61,801 nucleotides of DNA from Elainellaceae cyanobacterium. Lineage in GTDB: Bacteria > Cyanobacteriota > Cyanobacteriia > CAKZMO01. The position numbers and the translations under genes are program-made. Positions 18,352 to 27,621 of this stretch are shown here, one piece after another (the stretch's first letter is position 1; the number at the start of each line of letters is the position of its first letter). The stretch is from positions 1 through 61,801 of the forward strand of contig JBHJHJ010000133.1 of assembly GCA_050330955.1 (NCBI GenBank). Direction: 5' to 3'. A model generated the notes under the pieces. That model saw only the letters and a program-made list of their open reading frames with translations. It was not told where the DNA came from and did no database searches.

Positions 18352-19074
18352 ATGACTTATTCCATGAACTCCAAATCAGCTCAGCTTGCTGCAGCAGCGA
18401 TCGCCATCGGCACCGCCGCCAGTGCGATTATCTCTAGCGCACTTGTCCCCAGCGCCTTGGCCCAGACCTCCGGCGATGTTAATTCACCTTCCAGCAGCTC
18501 TACCCGGTTTAGCTGCCAGCTTGCCGAGGGAGAATATACCGTGATGTACAGCCCGGAAAGTGAGCCCAATACCCTCTACGCCTGGGCCGCCCCCGGCGAT
18601 ATGGGAGGTGGCTGGTCTGCTGACCGCCGCTGCGCTGAAATTAGCCGGCGTCTAGAGCTCTACCGCCCCGACGGATTGCTGGAACTGCGCACCGATGTTG
18701 AAAACGGCTACAACACCGTCTGCGCCACTACAGAGGCTAGCAGCGAGTGCCGCATTGTGTTCACAGTGCCCCAAGGCCAAGACCCGCTGCAAACCCGAGA
18801 TCGGGTGTTTGAGAACCTGGCGATCGCTAACCAGGGCCAGGAGACGACAGCAGTCAACACCTACACCGGCGGCGATGACGGCATTTTGAGACAGATCGGG
18901 CGGGAGCTGGGCCTCAACTTGCCTACGAGGCGCAGTGGCTCAGCCCCTAGCTCGATCCAGCCTAGCGCAGCCCTCAACCTCCGTCCGTTTCTAGACCCAG
19001 CCGATGGGGGTACTGGTGCAGCGCTGCGGGGCAGTTCTCCGGGGCGAGTGCTAGACCCAGAGGCATTCCGCTAG
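18352..19074 (+). CDS. COP23-domain secreted protein
   Basis: Signal peptide ending ALA; TRFSCQ, GGGWSADRRCAEISRRLE, ENGYNTVCAT, CRIVFTVP. Confidence 0.8.
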   Translation: MTYSMNSKSAQLAAAAIAIGTAASAIISSALVPSALAQTSGDVNSPSSSSTRFSCQLAEGEYTVMYSPESEPNTLYAWAAPGDMGGGWSADRRCAEISRRLELYRPDGLLELRTDVENGYNTVCATTEASSECRIVFTVPQGQDPLQTRDRVFENLAIANQGQETTAVNTYTGGDDGILRQIGRELGLNLPTRRSGSAPSSIQPSAALNLRPFLDPADGGTGAALRGSSPGRVLDPEAFR

Positions 19075-19104
19075 GTTGAGATTCTGATAATGCCCCTAGC
19101 ATGA

Positions 19105-19237
19105 GTATCTGTTTAGCGTCCTGGAAGTCCCCATCCCTAGTCCTTTCCCCAATTCTGAGGAAAGGGAACCAAATTCCCCTCTCCCAGCATTGGTCGAGGG
19201 GACGGGGGTGAGGGCCTTCGATACGCTAAACACGTAC
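19105..19237 (+). mobile_element. 133-bp MITE, family A copy 1, with 8-bp target-site duplication
   Basis: TIRs GTATCTGTTTAGCGT / ACGCTAAACACGTAC (13/15); TAGCATGA at 19097-19104 and 19238-19245; homologous copy at 44375-44508. Confidence 0.85.
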
Positions 19238-19376
19238 TAGCATGAGCTAGGGGAATTATTATTCCTTGTCACAGCAGCTGATAATGTTTCGATAACGTAA
19301 ACATGCTAGGATGCGCGTTGCCCTCTGCACTCGGATATGCAGAGTGGAGATGAACGTTCTCTGTTGGGAGTCCAGA

Positions 19377-21173
19377 ATGCCTACCCCAGACCACGACACA
19401 ATTCGCCGTACCAAAATCGTTGCGACCATTGGTCCAGCTACGAGCGAGCCTGAAATGCTCCGCGCCCTCATCGAAGCAGGCGCGACAACGCTGAGGCTCA
19501 ACTTCTCCCACGGAACCCATCAAGATCATCAGCGCAATATTCGTCTGATTCGACAGCTCTCGTTTGAGCTCAATCAGCCTGTGGCAATTCTCCAAGATTT
19601 GCAAGGTCCCAAAATTCGCCTGGGTCGGTTCAAAGACGGCCCCATTACAGTGCAGGAGGGAGACTCCTTTACCCTTACCAGTAAAGAGATTCCCGGCACC
19701 CAAACCATTAGCTCGGTGACCTACGACAAACTAGCAAAGGAAGTTACTCCAGGGGCAACGATTCTCATCGATGATGGCCGGGTGGAAATGGTGGCCGAAG
19801 AGGTCTCTCCCGAAACTGGGGAATTGCACTGCCGCGTGGTCGTGGGTGGCAAGCTTTCCAATAACAAAGGGGTTAATTTTCCTGGGATTTATCTCTCTAT
19901 TAAGGCCCTGACGGATAAAGACCGCAAAGACCTGGTGTTTGGTCTAGACCAGGGCGTGGACTGGGTCGCCCTCAGTTTTGTGCGCAATCCGCAGGACATT
20001 TTAGAAATCAAAGAGCTGATTTCCAGCTCTGGTAAGCATGTGCCCGTGATTGCCAAGATTGAGAAGCACGAAGCCATTGAACAGATGGAAGCCATTCTCT
20101 CGGTGTGTGACGGCGTGATGGTAGCGCGTGGGGACCTTGGGGTGGAGGTGCCTGCGGAAGAGGTGCCCATTTTGCAAAAGCGCCTGATCAAAATCGCCAA
20201 TCGCCTTGGTATTCCAGTAATTACCGCCACTCAGATGCTGGACAGCATGGCCCACAGCCCCCGCGCAACCCGCGCCGAAATCTCTGATGTGGCCAATGCG
20301 ATTCTAGACGGCACTGACGCAGTCATGCTTTCCAATGAGACTGCCGTGGGTGAATATCCTGTCTTGGCCGTGGAGACCATGGCACGGATTGCGGTGCGTC
20401 TAGAGCGCGATCAGCTCACGAGCCGCACTTTTGAGGAGAAGCTGGGCCATACAATTCCCAACGCCATCAGCCAAGCCGTAGGCCGCATCGCGGCCCAGCT
20501 CGACGCAGCAGCCATTATGACGCTGACAAAAACTGGTGCAACGGCTAGAAATGTCTCCAAATATCGCCCTCAGACGCCCATATTAGCGGTCACCCCACAT
20601 ACCGACGTAGCCCGCCAGCTCCAGTTATCCTGGGGGGTCAAGCCCCTGCTGGTCTTAGATCTACCTTCAGCCGGGCAGACGTTCCGAGCGGCCCTCAGCG
20701 TCTCCCAGGAGGTCAATCTGCTGCAGGAAGGCGATCTTGTGGTAATGACGGCGGGCACGCTGCAGGGCGTCGCTGGCTCCACTGACCTAATCAAAGTAGA
20801 AATTGTTACAGCGGTCATGGGCAGAGGTGTCGGCATTGGCCAAGGCACCGTCAACGGACGAGCCCGAATCATCCGCAGTCCGATGGACGCCGGTAACTTT
20901 AACCCTGGTGAGATTTTAGTGGCGTCCCACACGAGCGCTGATTATGTCGAAGCTATCCGCAACGCATCTGGCATCATCACTGAGGATGACAGTCTGACGA
21001 GCCATGCTGCTACCATTGGTCTACGTCTGGGCGTTCCGGTCATCCTTGGGGTTGAAAATGCGACCGACGTTATTCGAGACGGCACAATTTTGACTTTGGA
21101 CTTGAAGCGAGGCTTAGTATACTCTGGCACCCGCGGCAATGTGGAGGCCGCTACAGCGACGTCTATTGTCTAG
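19377..21173 (+). CDS. pyk: Pyruvate kinase with C-terminal PEP-utilising mobile domain
   Basis: RRTKIVATIGPA, RLNFSHG, DLQGPKIR, MVARGDLGVE, ATQML, DAVMLS, TSHAA extension. Confidence 0.96.
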   Translation: MPTPDHDTIRRTKIVATIGPATSEPEMLRALIEAGATTLRLNFSHGTHQDHQRNIRLIRQLSFELNQPVAILQDLQGPKIRLGRFKDGPITVQEGDSFTLTSKEIPGTQTISSVTYDKLAKEVTPGATILIDDGRVEMVAEEVSPETGELHCRVVVGGKLSNNKGVNFPGIYLSIKALTDKDRKDLVFGLDQGVDWVALSFVRNPQDILEIKELISSSGKHVPVIAKIEKHEAIEQMEAILSVCDGVMVARGDLGVEVPAEEVPILQKRLIKIANRLGIPVITATQMLDSMAHSPRATRAEISDVANAILDGTDAVMLSNETAVGEYPVLAVETMARIAVRLERDQLTSRTFEEKLGHTIPNAISQAVGRIAAQLDAAAIMTLTKTGATARNVSKYRPQTPILAVTPHTDVARQLQLSWGVKPLLVLDLPSAGQTFRAALSVSQEVNLLQEGDLVVMTAGTLQGVAGSTDLIKVEIVTAVMGRGVGIGQGTVNGRARIIRSPMDAGNFNPGEILVASHTSADYVEAIRNASGIITEDDSLTSHAATIGLRLGVPVILGVENATDVIRDGTILTLDLKRGLVYSGTRGNVEAATATSIV

Positions 21174-21533
21174 CGCTTGCGCCACGATAGCCTAGTGCCT
21201 GCACTGTGACAGCTTTAATAGTGGTCTAGGTCTGCTGGTGAGAGGATTAGAGTACTCCTTATGCTAATTAGGCTGCTGGATCAGGTGCTGCCTACGCTCT
21301 GTGCATCGTTTTAACTGCCCTTGCCGAAGGTTACTGATTTGTTCACCTTATAGATGGGATGGAAACATCCCAAACCTGGCGAATATGCGCCAAGATTAGG
21401 ACATCAGAGACTTGACAGTGCTGGGATATCAGGCCTTATGATAAGCACCGTTTAAGGGTTTAGAACCTGCAAGTTGCTAAGCTGATTCAGCCCGGCTGCG
21501 ATTTAATAGAATTTAAGGGGATGTTGAAATCAC

Positions 21534-22229
21534 ATGCAAGAGCTCGCACTTACGCCAGAGATTAACTTTAGTAGTGATGCTTACAAAGATGCGTACAGTC
21601 GCATCAACGCTATCGTCATTGAGGGCGAGCAGGAAGCGTATGATAACTATCTTGGCATCGCCACCCTGCTGCCGGAGTCTGCAGAGGAGCTGACCCGCCT
21701 GGCTAAGATGGAGAACCGCCACAAGAAGGGGTTTATGGCCTGCGGACGTAACCTCGATGTTGAGCCCGACATGGCCTTCGCCCGTGACTATTTTGCCGAC
21801 CTGCACGGTAACTTTAAGACTGCACTTGCACAGGGTAACGTTGTCACCTGCTTCTTGATTCAATCTTTGATTATTGAGGCGTTTGCGATCGCCGCTTACA
21901 ACATCTATATTCCCGTTGCCGATGCCTTTGCTCGCAAAATCACCGAGGGTGTGGTGAAAGATGAGTATATGCACCTCAACTTTGGCGAAGTTTGGTTAAG
22001 CGAGCGCTTTGAGGCATCTCGCGATGAGCTTCAGGAAGCCAACCGCCAAAATCTGCCTATCGTCTGGCGCATGCTCAACCAGGTCGAGCGGGATGCTGCT
22101 GTTTTGGGAATGGAGAAGGAGGCCTTGGTCGAAGACTTCATGATCAGCTACGGCGAAGCTCTGGGTAACATTGGTTTCAGCACAGCAGAGATTATGCGGA
22201 TGTCCTCTCATGGGCTGGCCGCTGTCTAG
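21534..22229 (+). CDS. ado: Aldehyde-deformylating oxygenase
   Basis: [46 protein letters not shown]. Confidence 0.97.
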   Translation: MQELALTPEINFSSDAYKDAYSRINAIVIEGEQEAYDNYLGIATLLPESAEELTRLAKMENRHKKGFMACGRNLDVEPDMAFARDYFADLHGNFKTALAQGNVVTCFLIQSLIIEAFAIAAYNIYIPVADAFARKITEGVVKDEYMHLNFGEVWLSERFEASRDELQEANRQNLPIVWRMLNQVERDAAVLGMEKEALVEDFMISYGEALGNIGFSTAEIMRMSSHGLAAV

Positions 22230-22257
22230 AAATTACTTCTCGGAGTAGATAAAGGAC

Positions 22258-22299
22258 AGTCGAGACGTGCAGCTACAAGATGGCGGACGTCTCGACTTT
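22258..22299 (+). terminator. Stem-loop after ado
   Basis: AGTCGAGACGT...ACGTCTCGACT followed by TT. Confidence 0.55.
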
Positions 22300-22546
22300 A
22301 GGCGCCTTGACCGCTGCTTTACTCTGCGAGGTTACTGCTGAACTAGGTGCATAAAGTTGTTTGTTCTCTGCAATGCTCTACAGTGGTGTGGGGGTTCTAC
22401 GCAGCATTCTGCACAGCGTAGCCAAGCCCTGTGGTGCCTCTGCGGTCTTTTCGAAAGCTTGCGGCAAAGCCGTGCCAGCGACCCAAAGCTAAGCTTTTAC
22501 ACGATTCTACTTGAGTTATTACACACCGATTGCGAGCGAATTAATT

Positions 22547-23575
22547 ATGTTTGGGTTGATTGGTCATCTCACAAGCCTTGATCACGCGCGGCGGGCCGCC
22601 GGACACCTAGGCTTTCAACAGTATGCCGATCAGGGGCTCGACTTTTGGTGCTCAGCGCCGCCGCTTCTGGCTGACACCATTACGGTGACGAGCGCGACTG
22701 GTCAAACCATTGAGGGACAGTATGTAGAATCCTGCTTTGTGCCCGAGATGCTGACGAACCGACGGGTCAAAACCGCGATTCGTAAAATTCTCAATGCCAT
22801 GGCCTTAGCTCAGAAGAACAACCTGAATATCACGGCGCTGGGTGGATTTTCATCCATTATCTTTGAAAACTTCAACCTGGACCAACACAAGCGGGTTCGC
22901 AATGTTGAGCTAGAGTTTGAGCGGTTTACAACAGGCAATACCCACACGGCCTATGTCATTTGTCGTCAGGTTGAGCAGGCTGCGGCCAAACTAGGCATTA
23001 GCCTCTCAAAGGCAGTGGTGGCGGTCTGCGGCGCTACGGGGGATATTGGCAGCGCGGTTTGCCGATGGCTCAATGCCCGTACAGACGTCGAGGAGCTGCT
23101 GCTGATTGCCAGAAATCAAGAGCGACTTGCCGCGCTACAGACGAGCCTAGGGCGCGGCAAGATTATGGGTCTGACTGAGGCCCTGCCGCTAGCCGATATC
23201 GTAGTTTGGGTTGCCAGTTTGCCGAAAGGGGTTGAGATTGACCCTCACACCCTCAAGCATCCCTGCTTGCTGATAGATGGGGGCTACCCAAAGAATATGG
23301 GGTCCCAACTGCAGCATCCCGATATCCATGTTTTAGAGGGGGGCATTGTGGAGCATTCTTTGGAGATTGACTGGCGCATTATGCAGATTGCGCAGATGGA
23401 CATTCCTGGACGACAGCTCTTTGCCTGCTTTGCTGAGTCAATGCTGCTGGAGTTTGAAAAATGGCATACCAATTTTTCCTGGGGGCGCAATCAAATTACT
23501 GTGGAAAACATGCTTCGCATTGGCGAGGTTTCGGTCAAGCATGGCTTTCGGCCTAAGCTGAGTTTTCAAAACTAG
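22547..23575 (+). CDS. aar: Long-chain acyl-ACP reductase
   Basis: [52 protein letters not shown]. Confidence 0.97.
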   Translation: MFGLIGHLTSLDHARRAAGHLGFQQYADQGLDFWCSAPPLLADTITVTSATGQTIEGQYVESCFVPEMLTNRRVKTAIRKILNAMALAQKNNLNITALGGFSSIIFENFNLDQHKRVRNVELEFERFTTGNTHTAYVICRQVEQAAAKLGISLSKAVVAVCGATGDIGSAVCRWLNARTDVEELLLIARNQERLAALQTSLGRGKIMGLTEALPLADIVVWVASLPKGVEIDPHTLKHPCLLIDGGYPKNMGSQLQHPDIHVLEGGIVEHSLEIDWRIMQIAQMDIPGRQLFACFAESMLLEFEKWHTNFSWGRNQITVENMLRIGEVSVKHGFRPKLSFQN

Positions 23576-23611
23576 CTGAGGGTCCAGAGCCTCGACCGCT
23601 GTACGGTGTCT

Positions 23612-24307
23612 ATGGCGCTGCCATCTCCTCTTTACTGGCAGTCTCCCTGTCAACTCATGCCACTGGTGCCAGGAGCTATCCACATTTGGAAAGCTCCTCT
23701 TAATCTTGCACCATTCTATATTCATCAGAGAGCAGGACTGCTGTCTGCCGATGAGATTGAGCGAGCACATCGACTGCGGCAACCCGCCCGTCACAGCTTT
23801 GTAGCTGCCCGCAGCACATTGCGCCTCATACTCAGCCAATATTTGCGGTGTCATCCAGAAGATATCTGCTTTACCTACAGCGATCGCGGTAAGCCTTTCC
23901 TCAAGAGGGCTAACCCAGATCAATGTTCACTTCAGTTCAATCTCTCCCATTCTCAAGGTCTAGCGGTCTATGCGATCGCCACTCAAGGAGCGATCGGCAT
24001 TGATATAGAATGCATTCGCACCGTCCCTGCCCTGACCCGACTCGCGCGTCGATACTTCTCCCCCCAAGAGTGCGCCAGTCTAGAACCCCTTTCAGGCCTG
24101 CCGCAGCAGCGACGCTTTTTTGAACTCTGGACCCAAAAGGAGGCCTATGCCAAAGCAACCGGGGAAGGTATCTATAGGCTAGCCACTCTGAAGCCGCCCC
24201 CCACTTGGTTTACCTCCCGCCTGCAGATTGCGCCAGGTTACGTTGCTGCTGTGACCGCCAGCGCCCTGGTTCATGACCTGCACTTGTTTTATTGGGCAGG
24301 GTGCTAG
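23612..24307 (+). CDS. Sfp/HetI-type 4'-phosphopantetheinyl transferase
   Basis: GKP, FNLSHS, IGIDIE, WTQKEAYAKATGEG. Confidence 0.92.
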   Translation: MALPSPLYWQSPCQLMPLVPGAIHIWKAPLNLAPFYIHQRAGLLSADEIERAHRLRQPARHSFVAARSTLRLILSQYLRCHPEDICFTYSDRGKPFLKRANPDQCSLQFNLSHSQGLAVYAIATQGAIGIDIECIRTVPALTRLARRYFSPQECASLEPLSGLPQQRRFFELWTQKEAYAKATGEGIYRLATLKPPPTWFTSRLQIAPGYVAAVTASALVHDLHLFYWAGC

Positions 24308-25197
24308 AGCGGCACCCCTGTTGAACTTGTTGAACCCAGCGCCAGGCGAATCAGAGACAGGATGAGAATGACCAAAAACAGCACTAGCCCGACAGTACAG
24401 GCGTAGCTGACGTTCAGGTTGGTCGGGTCAAAGGCCTGTTCATAGACGTAGTACACCACCGTTTTAGAGCTATTGAGCGGCCCCCCTCGTGTCATCACGT
24501 AGACTTCTTCAAACACTTTAGTGGCTGAAATAGCCGAGATCACGGCGACCAGAAACAGGTAAGGCCGCATCAGCGGCAGGGTAATGTCTAAATGCTTTAG
24601 CCAGCCATCAGAACCGTCGATCGCGGCGGCTTCGTACAGCTCAGCGGGAATAGACTGCAGCCCAGCCAGGTAGATCACCATGTAATATCCCAGTCCCTTC
24701 CATACCGTGACCGCCATGACGCTCCACAGAGCTAAATGAGTGCTGGTGAGCCAAGGAACGCCCGTCTCAGAAAGGCGTAGCCACTGCAGGCTCTGATTAA
24801 TTAACCCGTTCTCAGCATAGAGCCAGCGCCAGGCGATGCCCGCCACCACCATTGAAATGACGACGGGGGCATAGTAGGCTGCGCGAAACCAGTGGATGCC
24901 GGGAAGGGCTCGGTTGACCAAAATCGCCAGCCCCAGCGGCAGCATAACTAGAATGGGCACCACAATCACGAGGTAAATCACGGTATTCCCTAAGGTTTGC
25001 CAAAAAACCAGATCGGTTACCAGCCGCTCAAAGTTCGCCAAACCGACCCAGCGAGGCGGCTGGGTAATGTCATAGTTGAACTGTGTGAAGCTTAGGAGGA
25101 GGGCCTGAAGTGCTGGGTAGAAGACGGTCAGGCCGAGCACGGTGAGAGCCGGTGCGAGAAACAAGTAGGGAATTGCGCGTTGGCGAATTTTGGGCAT
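24304..25197 (-). CDS. Carbohydrate ABC transporter permease (LacF/MalF-like)
   Basis: WKGLGYYMVIYLAGLQSIPAELYEAAAIDG, TRGGP. Confidence 0.92.
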   Translation of the reverse strand: MPKIRQRAIPYLFLAPALTVLGLTVFYPALQALLLSFTQFNYDITQPPRWVGLANFERLVTDLVFWQTLGNTVIYLVIVVPILVMLPLGLAILVNRALPGIHWFRAAYYAPVVISMVVAGIAWRWLYAENGLINQSLQWLRLSETGVPWLTSTHLALWSVMAVTVWKGLGYYMVIYLAGLQSIPAELYEAAAIDGSDGWLKHLDITLPLMRPYLFLVAVISAISATKVFEEVYVMTRGGPLNSSKTVVYYVYEQAFDPTNLNVSYACTVGLVLFLVILILSLIRLALGSTSSTGVPL

Positions 25198-25526
25198 GGC
25201 AGGCCTTTTTCTATATGCCGGATTGAGGGTCGTGCTGCTAGATTAACCTGCTCAGCGGTAGGCCGGGCGCCTGCGATCGCCTCCGTCTAAATCAGGCCAG
25301 CCGATTTCCCTATCGGTCTTTCCAGATTTGGACCAAAACAGACATTTTTCTTAGTAAATAGCTCTGTCTTAAGGCCTATACTGTTATAGTACGCTTGTAC
25401 TTAAGAGGTTTGCACCAGTGCTCAGGAGAGCCTCAACGGGGCTTATTCACCCGCACTCCTCAAATCTGCGATCTTGAGCGTCCGCTTTTCCCGCTGGCTT
25501 GCCCGTTGACTGATAAGGAGGTTCCT

Positions 25527-26144
25527 ATGACAAAACCCTCTGGCGTTCATCTTCCAAACCCCTCTCCCCGTCATAGGGCGATACCCTACGGGAAGACTGC
25601 TCTGCCACAAGCTAGTACAGGCCATAGTACGGCTGGTTCTATTCCTCAGTCGTCAGGGGCCTCTACCAATTTTGCTCACAGCGCCCCTCAGCCGCACGAT
25701 TTTCGGGGCGGGGATGCTCAGCGCAACCCAGTCATGGTGTCTGATGACCCAGGGCGTCGAGGACACCCCAGAGGGGTATCTCGACCCCGCTACTGGCTGG
25801 CGGGCAGCTCAATTGTCGCGGGTTTGATGCTGATGGTGGACGTGGGCAGCCTCAGACAGCCTCAAACCGAAGCTGCAGTGTGTCAGTCCGTAGTCCAAGC
25901 CGATGCCTATTTGTCGCGGGAGCACTTGGCCAGTTTAATGGCTATTCCAGAGCGAGACTCAAAGGCTACGGTAAAGCAAGCTTTGGGGGAGCCCTACTGC
26001 ACCCTCTCGCCCGTGGAGGTGCGAGCCGGCATTCCAGCTGAGCGTGAGGCCTATCCCCTAGCCTTTGACCCGGACGCCTGGTTGATTGTTCTGTACGAGG
26101 GAGAGGAGTATGCGGGCTACGATTTTAAGTTTCCTAATGATTAG
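25527..26144 (+). CDS. Hypothetical single-TM protein with a small periplasmic (BamE/BLIP-like?) domain
   Basis: AAGGAGG RBS before ATG 25527; disordered N-terminus, TM YWLAGSSIVAGLMLMV, then VKQALGEPYC...YPLAFDP..WLIVLYEG. Confidence 0.7.
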   Translation: MTKPSGVHLPNPSPRHRAIPYGKTALPQASTGHSTAGSIPQSSGASTNFAHSAPQPHDFRGGDAQRNPVMVSDDPGRRGHPRGVSRPRYWLAGSSIVAGLMLMVDVGSLRQPQTEAAVCQSVVQADAYLSREHLASLMAIPERDSKATVKQALGEPYCTLSPVEVRAGIPAEREAYPLAFDPDAWLIVLYEGEEYAGYDFKFPND

Positions 26145-26610
26145 GGCGATCGCCATCAGAAGGCGATGCCGCCAGCTCCTTCGCGCTGCGTTGAGTCTAG
26201 CGGTGGGGCTAGGGGGAGTGGCCTGTCAGCCGCCCCTTGAGACTGCTCCCCAACCTCCCATTCAGCAGCAGTGGCAGCTCCAGCCCGGGACCGTGATTGC
26301 CGAACGTCAAGTCGTGGGTGGCCTGGGAGATATCTCGATTGCGCTCAATGGCGGCAGCGTCTATGCCCCCTTTGGCGGCAGCCTGCAGCCTGACGGCCAA
26401 GGCTGCGCCATCTTCTCTAGCCCGGACTTGCCGGCCTACTTGGCGCGACTGTGCGGTCTGCGGCGCATGCGCAGCGGCAACCTACAGGCGGGCGATCGCA
26501 TCGGCAGCGGCCAGATGCTGCACTTTGCCGCCCTGCGCAAGCAGCCCGACGGCACTTGGGCAATGGTTGAGCCGTCTCGCGATTTGCTAAGTCGATTTTT
26601 GTCGCCCTAA
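26137..26610 (+). CDS. Hypothetical lipoprotein with degenerate M23-like motifs
   Basis: ATG overlaps upstream gene end; lipobox-like GVAC; GDISI, VYAPFGG, AGDRIG, LHF, VEP. Confidence 0.65.
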   Translation: MIRAIAIRRRCRQLLRAALSLAVGLGGVACQPPLETAPQPPIQQQWQLQPGTVIAERQVVGGLGDISIALNGGSVYAPFGGSLQPDGQGCAIFSSPDLPAYLARLCGLRRMRSGNLQAGDRIGSGQMLHFAALRKQPDGTWAMVEPSRDLLSRFLSP

Positions 26611-26666
26611 CTCATCCTGCAATTTCATCGTTTCCCGCTTTCTTTAATGCTGTAGATCCTGGTCTG

Positions 26667-27503
26667 ATGATGCACAATCTACAAAGATATAGAGACGCTC
26701 TGCCGCCTTGGCTGGTGGCGCTGCTGATTTTTACTGGTGTTGTCACGTCCCTTGGAAATGTGCGGGACCAGCAGCGCCAAATTCAGCGGCCCACGGCTGC
26801 GGCCCAGGCTCCGCTGCAAGCGGTTGGGCTCCCAGAACAGAAGGGAGTGCTGAGCTTCGAGCTGCCTAATCTTGGCGCTGGCCTACGCCGCGTTATCGGT
26901 GACGGTATCATTGGGGGCGATCGCAAGCCTCGCGCCGTTCCCGTAAAGCTGCCTCCTGACCTAGAGGCACTATTTGAGGGAGAGTCACAGTCTTTAGTGG
27001 CGAAGGCAATTGGCGCTGCTGAAGGAACCCGTATGCCGACGGGGGAAAAAACGCCTGCCTATTATGGCCACGTGGACCCCGGCAACGGGGCATGGAATCA
27101 AGGCACGTTTTCCTACCAGCACGAGGCATACTCCCCAGAGGAGGCAGACTATAAGCAAATGCAGCGGCTGCGGCGGCAGGGATTTGAGCTACATCAGTGG
27201 GCCGAGCGCCTGGGGGTGCCCTGGGGCCTAGAAGAGCAGCTCAATGCCCTGGATCTGGCGAATCAAGCGCCGCTGGCAGCACTCAGCCAGGACGGATACT
27301 TAGACCGACTGAAGGAGGCCTATGACTTGGGCTACGCCGGCTCAGAGGCTGTGTTGCAGGCCCGCGTGTATGCCTACCTTGACCCCGAAACCAACCAGTG
27401 GAATGCGCCGGGGCTGGGCAACACTCTGGAAAGCATTCGAGCCGATCAGCAGCGGCGGCAGCAGGCCGTGGCGGCGGCGATCGCGGCTAGCGGTGCGCCA
27501 TAG
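26667..27503 (+). CDS. Hypothetical membrane-anchored protein, possibly lysozyme-like
   Basis: N-terminal TM; AIGAAEGTR...YYGHVDPGNG.WNQGTFSYQH. Confidence 0.7.
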   Translation: MMHNLQRYRDALPPWLVALLIFTGVVTSLGNVRDQQRQIQRPTAAAQAPLQAVGLPEQKGVLSFELPNLGAGLRRVIGDGIIGGDRKPRAVPVKLPPDLEALFEGESQSLVAKAIGAAEGTRMPTGEKTPAYYGHVDPGNGAWNQGTFSYQHEAYSPEEADYKQMQRLRRQGFELHQWAERLGVPWGLEEQLNALDLANQAPLAALSQDGYLDRLKEAYDLGYAGSEAVLQARVYAYLDPETNQWNAPGLGNTLESIRADQQRRQQAVAAAIAASGAP

Positions 27504-27621
27504 CTTACCGGCTGCGACTAAACCTGCCAGTCTGTGGGCTATTCTCTAATAAGCCGAAACTAATAAGCCAAAACCGTTGGTTTGTTGCGACTTGCTCATT
27601 TAACGCTGGCTGGAGGTCTCA

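Noticed and set aside
27546-27573. 14-bp tandem CTAATAAGCC(G/A)AAA upstream of the porin
   Set aside because: Does not match a Fur/Zur/Pho box I can justify; similar short slippage duplications occur elsewhere (99-135, 34821-34842)
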